NCBI GenBank assembly: GCA_963848295.1
Contig: CAWKDB010000010.1
Location: 4,192,001-4,256,000 of the forward strand
Direction: 5' to 3'
DNA length: 64,000 bases
From: an uncultured delta proteobacterium
Lineage (GTDB): Bacteria > Myxococcota_A > Polyangia > Haliangiales > Haliangiaceae
Within the stretch, counting starts at the first letter, position 1. Each line of letters opens with the position of its first letter. The notes beneath the pieces are model-generated. The model did not search any database and had not been told where the DNA came from. It saw only the letters and a list, made by a program, of their open reading frames with translations. The position numbers and the translations under genes were made by a program. Positions 63,062-64,000 of this stretch are shown piece after piece.

Positions 63062-63111
63062 TTCCCTCGTCCTCTACACGCTCGCTGATGTGGAACGAAA
63101 GGATCACTTCG

Positions 63112-63852
63112 ATGATGGAGCGACTCACGAACCTTCCGGCGGGCATCTCGGGCGTGAAAGCAGACGGCACAGTCTCGAAGGAGGACTACGAACGCAGCGT
63201 CGTGCCACTACTCGACGAGGCACGGCGAGACACTAAGCGGCTTCGCATGCTGTGCGAGCTCGCGCCCGGCTTCGAGGGCCTGACCGCGAGCGCCGCGTGG
63301 GAGGACGTGAAGCTCGGTCTGCAATCGATCCGTCGCTTCGACGGCTGTGCGGTCGTGACCGACATCGCGTGGATTCGCGAAGCGACGCGCCTTGCGAGCT
63401 TCTTCATGCCGTGTCCGATGCACGTGTTCGAGCTCGCCGAACGAGAACGCGCGATAGCATGGCTCGTCTCGCTGCCGGAGACGGCCGCCGTATCGCATCG
63501 TCTCGTGCCAGACACCGGCGTGCTCGTGGTCGAAGTCTCCCAGCCGTTGCGCGCGCAGGACTTCGACGCCGTCGCGGTCACGGCGGACAGCTGGATCGAC
63601 GCGCACGGCCAGCTCTCGGGGCTCGTGATCCACACCCGCGAATTTCCGGGTTGGGAGAATCTGCGCGGACTCATCCGCCAGGTTCAGTTCGTGCGCGACT
63701 ATCATCGGAAGGTGAAGCGGATCGCGCTGGCTGCAGACACCAAGCTCGCCAGCCTCGCGCAGACCCTCGGCGAGCACTTCATCCAGGCGCAGGTCAAGAC
63801 GTTCGGGTACGACGACGTCGCCGGCGCCATCGCGTGGGCAGGATCGCGATGA
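63112..63852 (+). CDS. Tandem STAS/SEC14 protein (close paralog of 4611-5351)
   Basis: Same length (741 nt), long identical peptide runs; AAGGA RBS. Confidence 0.88.
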   Translation: MMERLTNLPAGISGVKADGTVSKEDYERSVVPLLDEARRDTKRLRMLCELAPGFEGLTASAAWEDVKLGLQSIRRFDGCAVVTDIAWIREATRLASFFMPCPMHVFELAERERAIAWLVSLPETAAVSHRLVPDTGVLVVEVSQPLRAQDFDAVAVTADSWIDAHGQLSGLVIHTREFPGWENLRGLIRQVQFVRDYHRKVKRIALAADTKLASLAQTLGEHFIQAQVKTFGYDDVAGAIAWAGSR

Positions 63853-64000
63853 CCGCACCGCCGCGGCTGCGCGAGATCCGTCGCATCTTGTTGCCGATCG
63901 TCGGCGCTACCAGCGAGCAAGCCGCGATCGACTACGCGGCGACCCTCGCGCTGGCGTTACACGCGTCGATCACGCTGGCGCACGTCGCCGAGATCCCGAA
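63849..64000 (+). CDS. Universal stress protein, partial
   Basis: IRRILLP...AIDYAATLA...ASITLAHV; ATGA coupling. Confidence 0.7.
   Translation, partial: MTAPPRLREIRRILLPIVGATSEQAAIDYAATLALALHASITLAHVAEIP

Overview
High-GC window, most likely from a myxobacterium (inferred from the lipoprotein, VWA and sigma54 gene content). It is dominated by a low-oxygen adaptation gene set in two blocks. Left block (2.7-33.8 kb): hemerythrin-like, LOG, STAS/SEC14, USP and CBS genes; a 7-gene multiheme cytochrome/porin operon with about 66 heme motifs (MtrC/OmcA-like decaheme, 12-heme, NapC/NirT, small membrane protein, beta-barrel, 13-heme, 27-heme); a PAS hybrid kinase; an NtrC-type activator paired with a globin-coupled kinase; and an Ehr (NiFe-less hydrogenase-4-like) operon with malic enzyme. 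Right block (46-64 kb): PPK2, P-type H+-ATPase, transhydrogenase, SSADH, ADH, cytochrome c, acetate kinase, phosphoketolase, histidine kinase, MgtC/DUF4010, STAS and USP. Many genes in both blocks have sigma54 -24/-12 boxes, often only 13-18 nt before the ATG, preceded by a recurrent pair of CGCA-N5-TGCG palindromes 29-30 bp apart; this is a candidate O2-sensing sigma54 regulon. Between the blocks (34-46 kb) lies accessory DNA: tRNA-Ala/tmRNA 3'-end att repeats flanking an integrase-less AbiE cassette, and an unrecognised toxin/HigA-like pair. Several stretches carry dense single-base indels that look like sequencing or consensus errors. All calls come from reading motifs by eye; no database searches were run.
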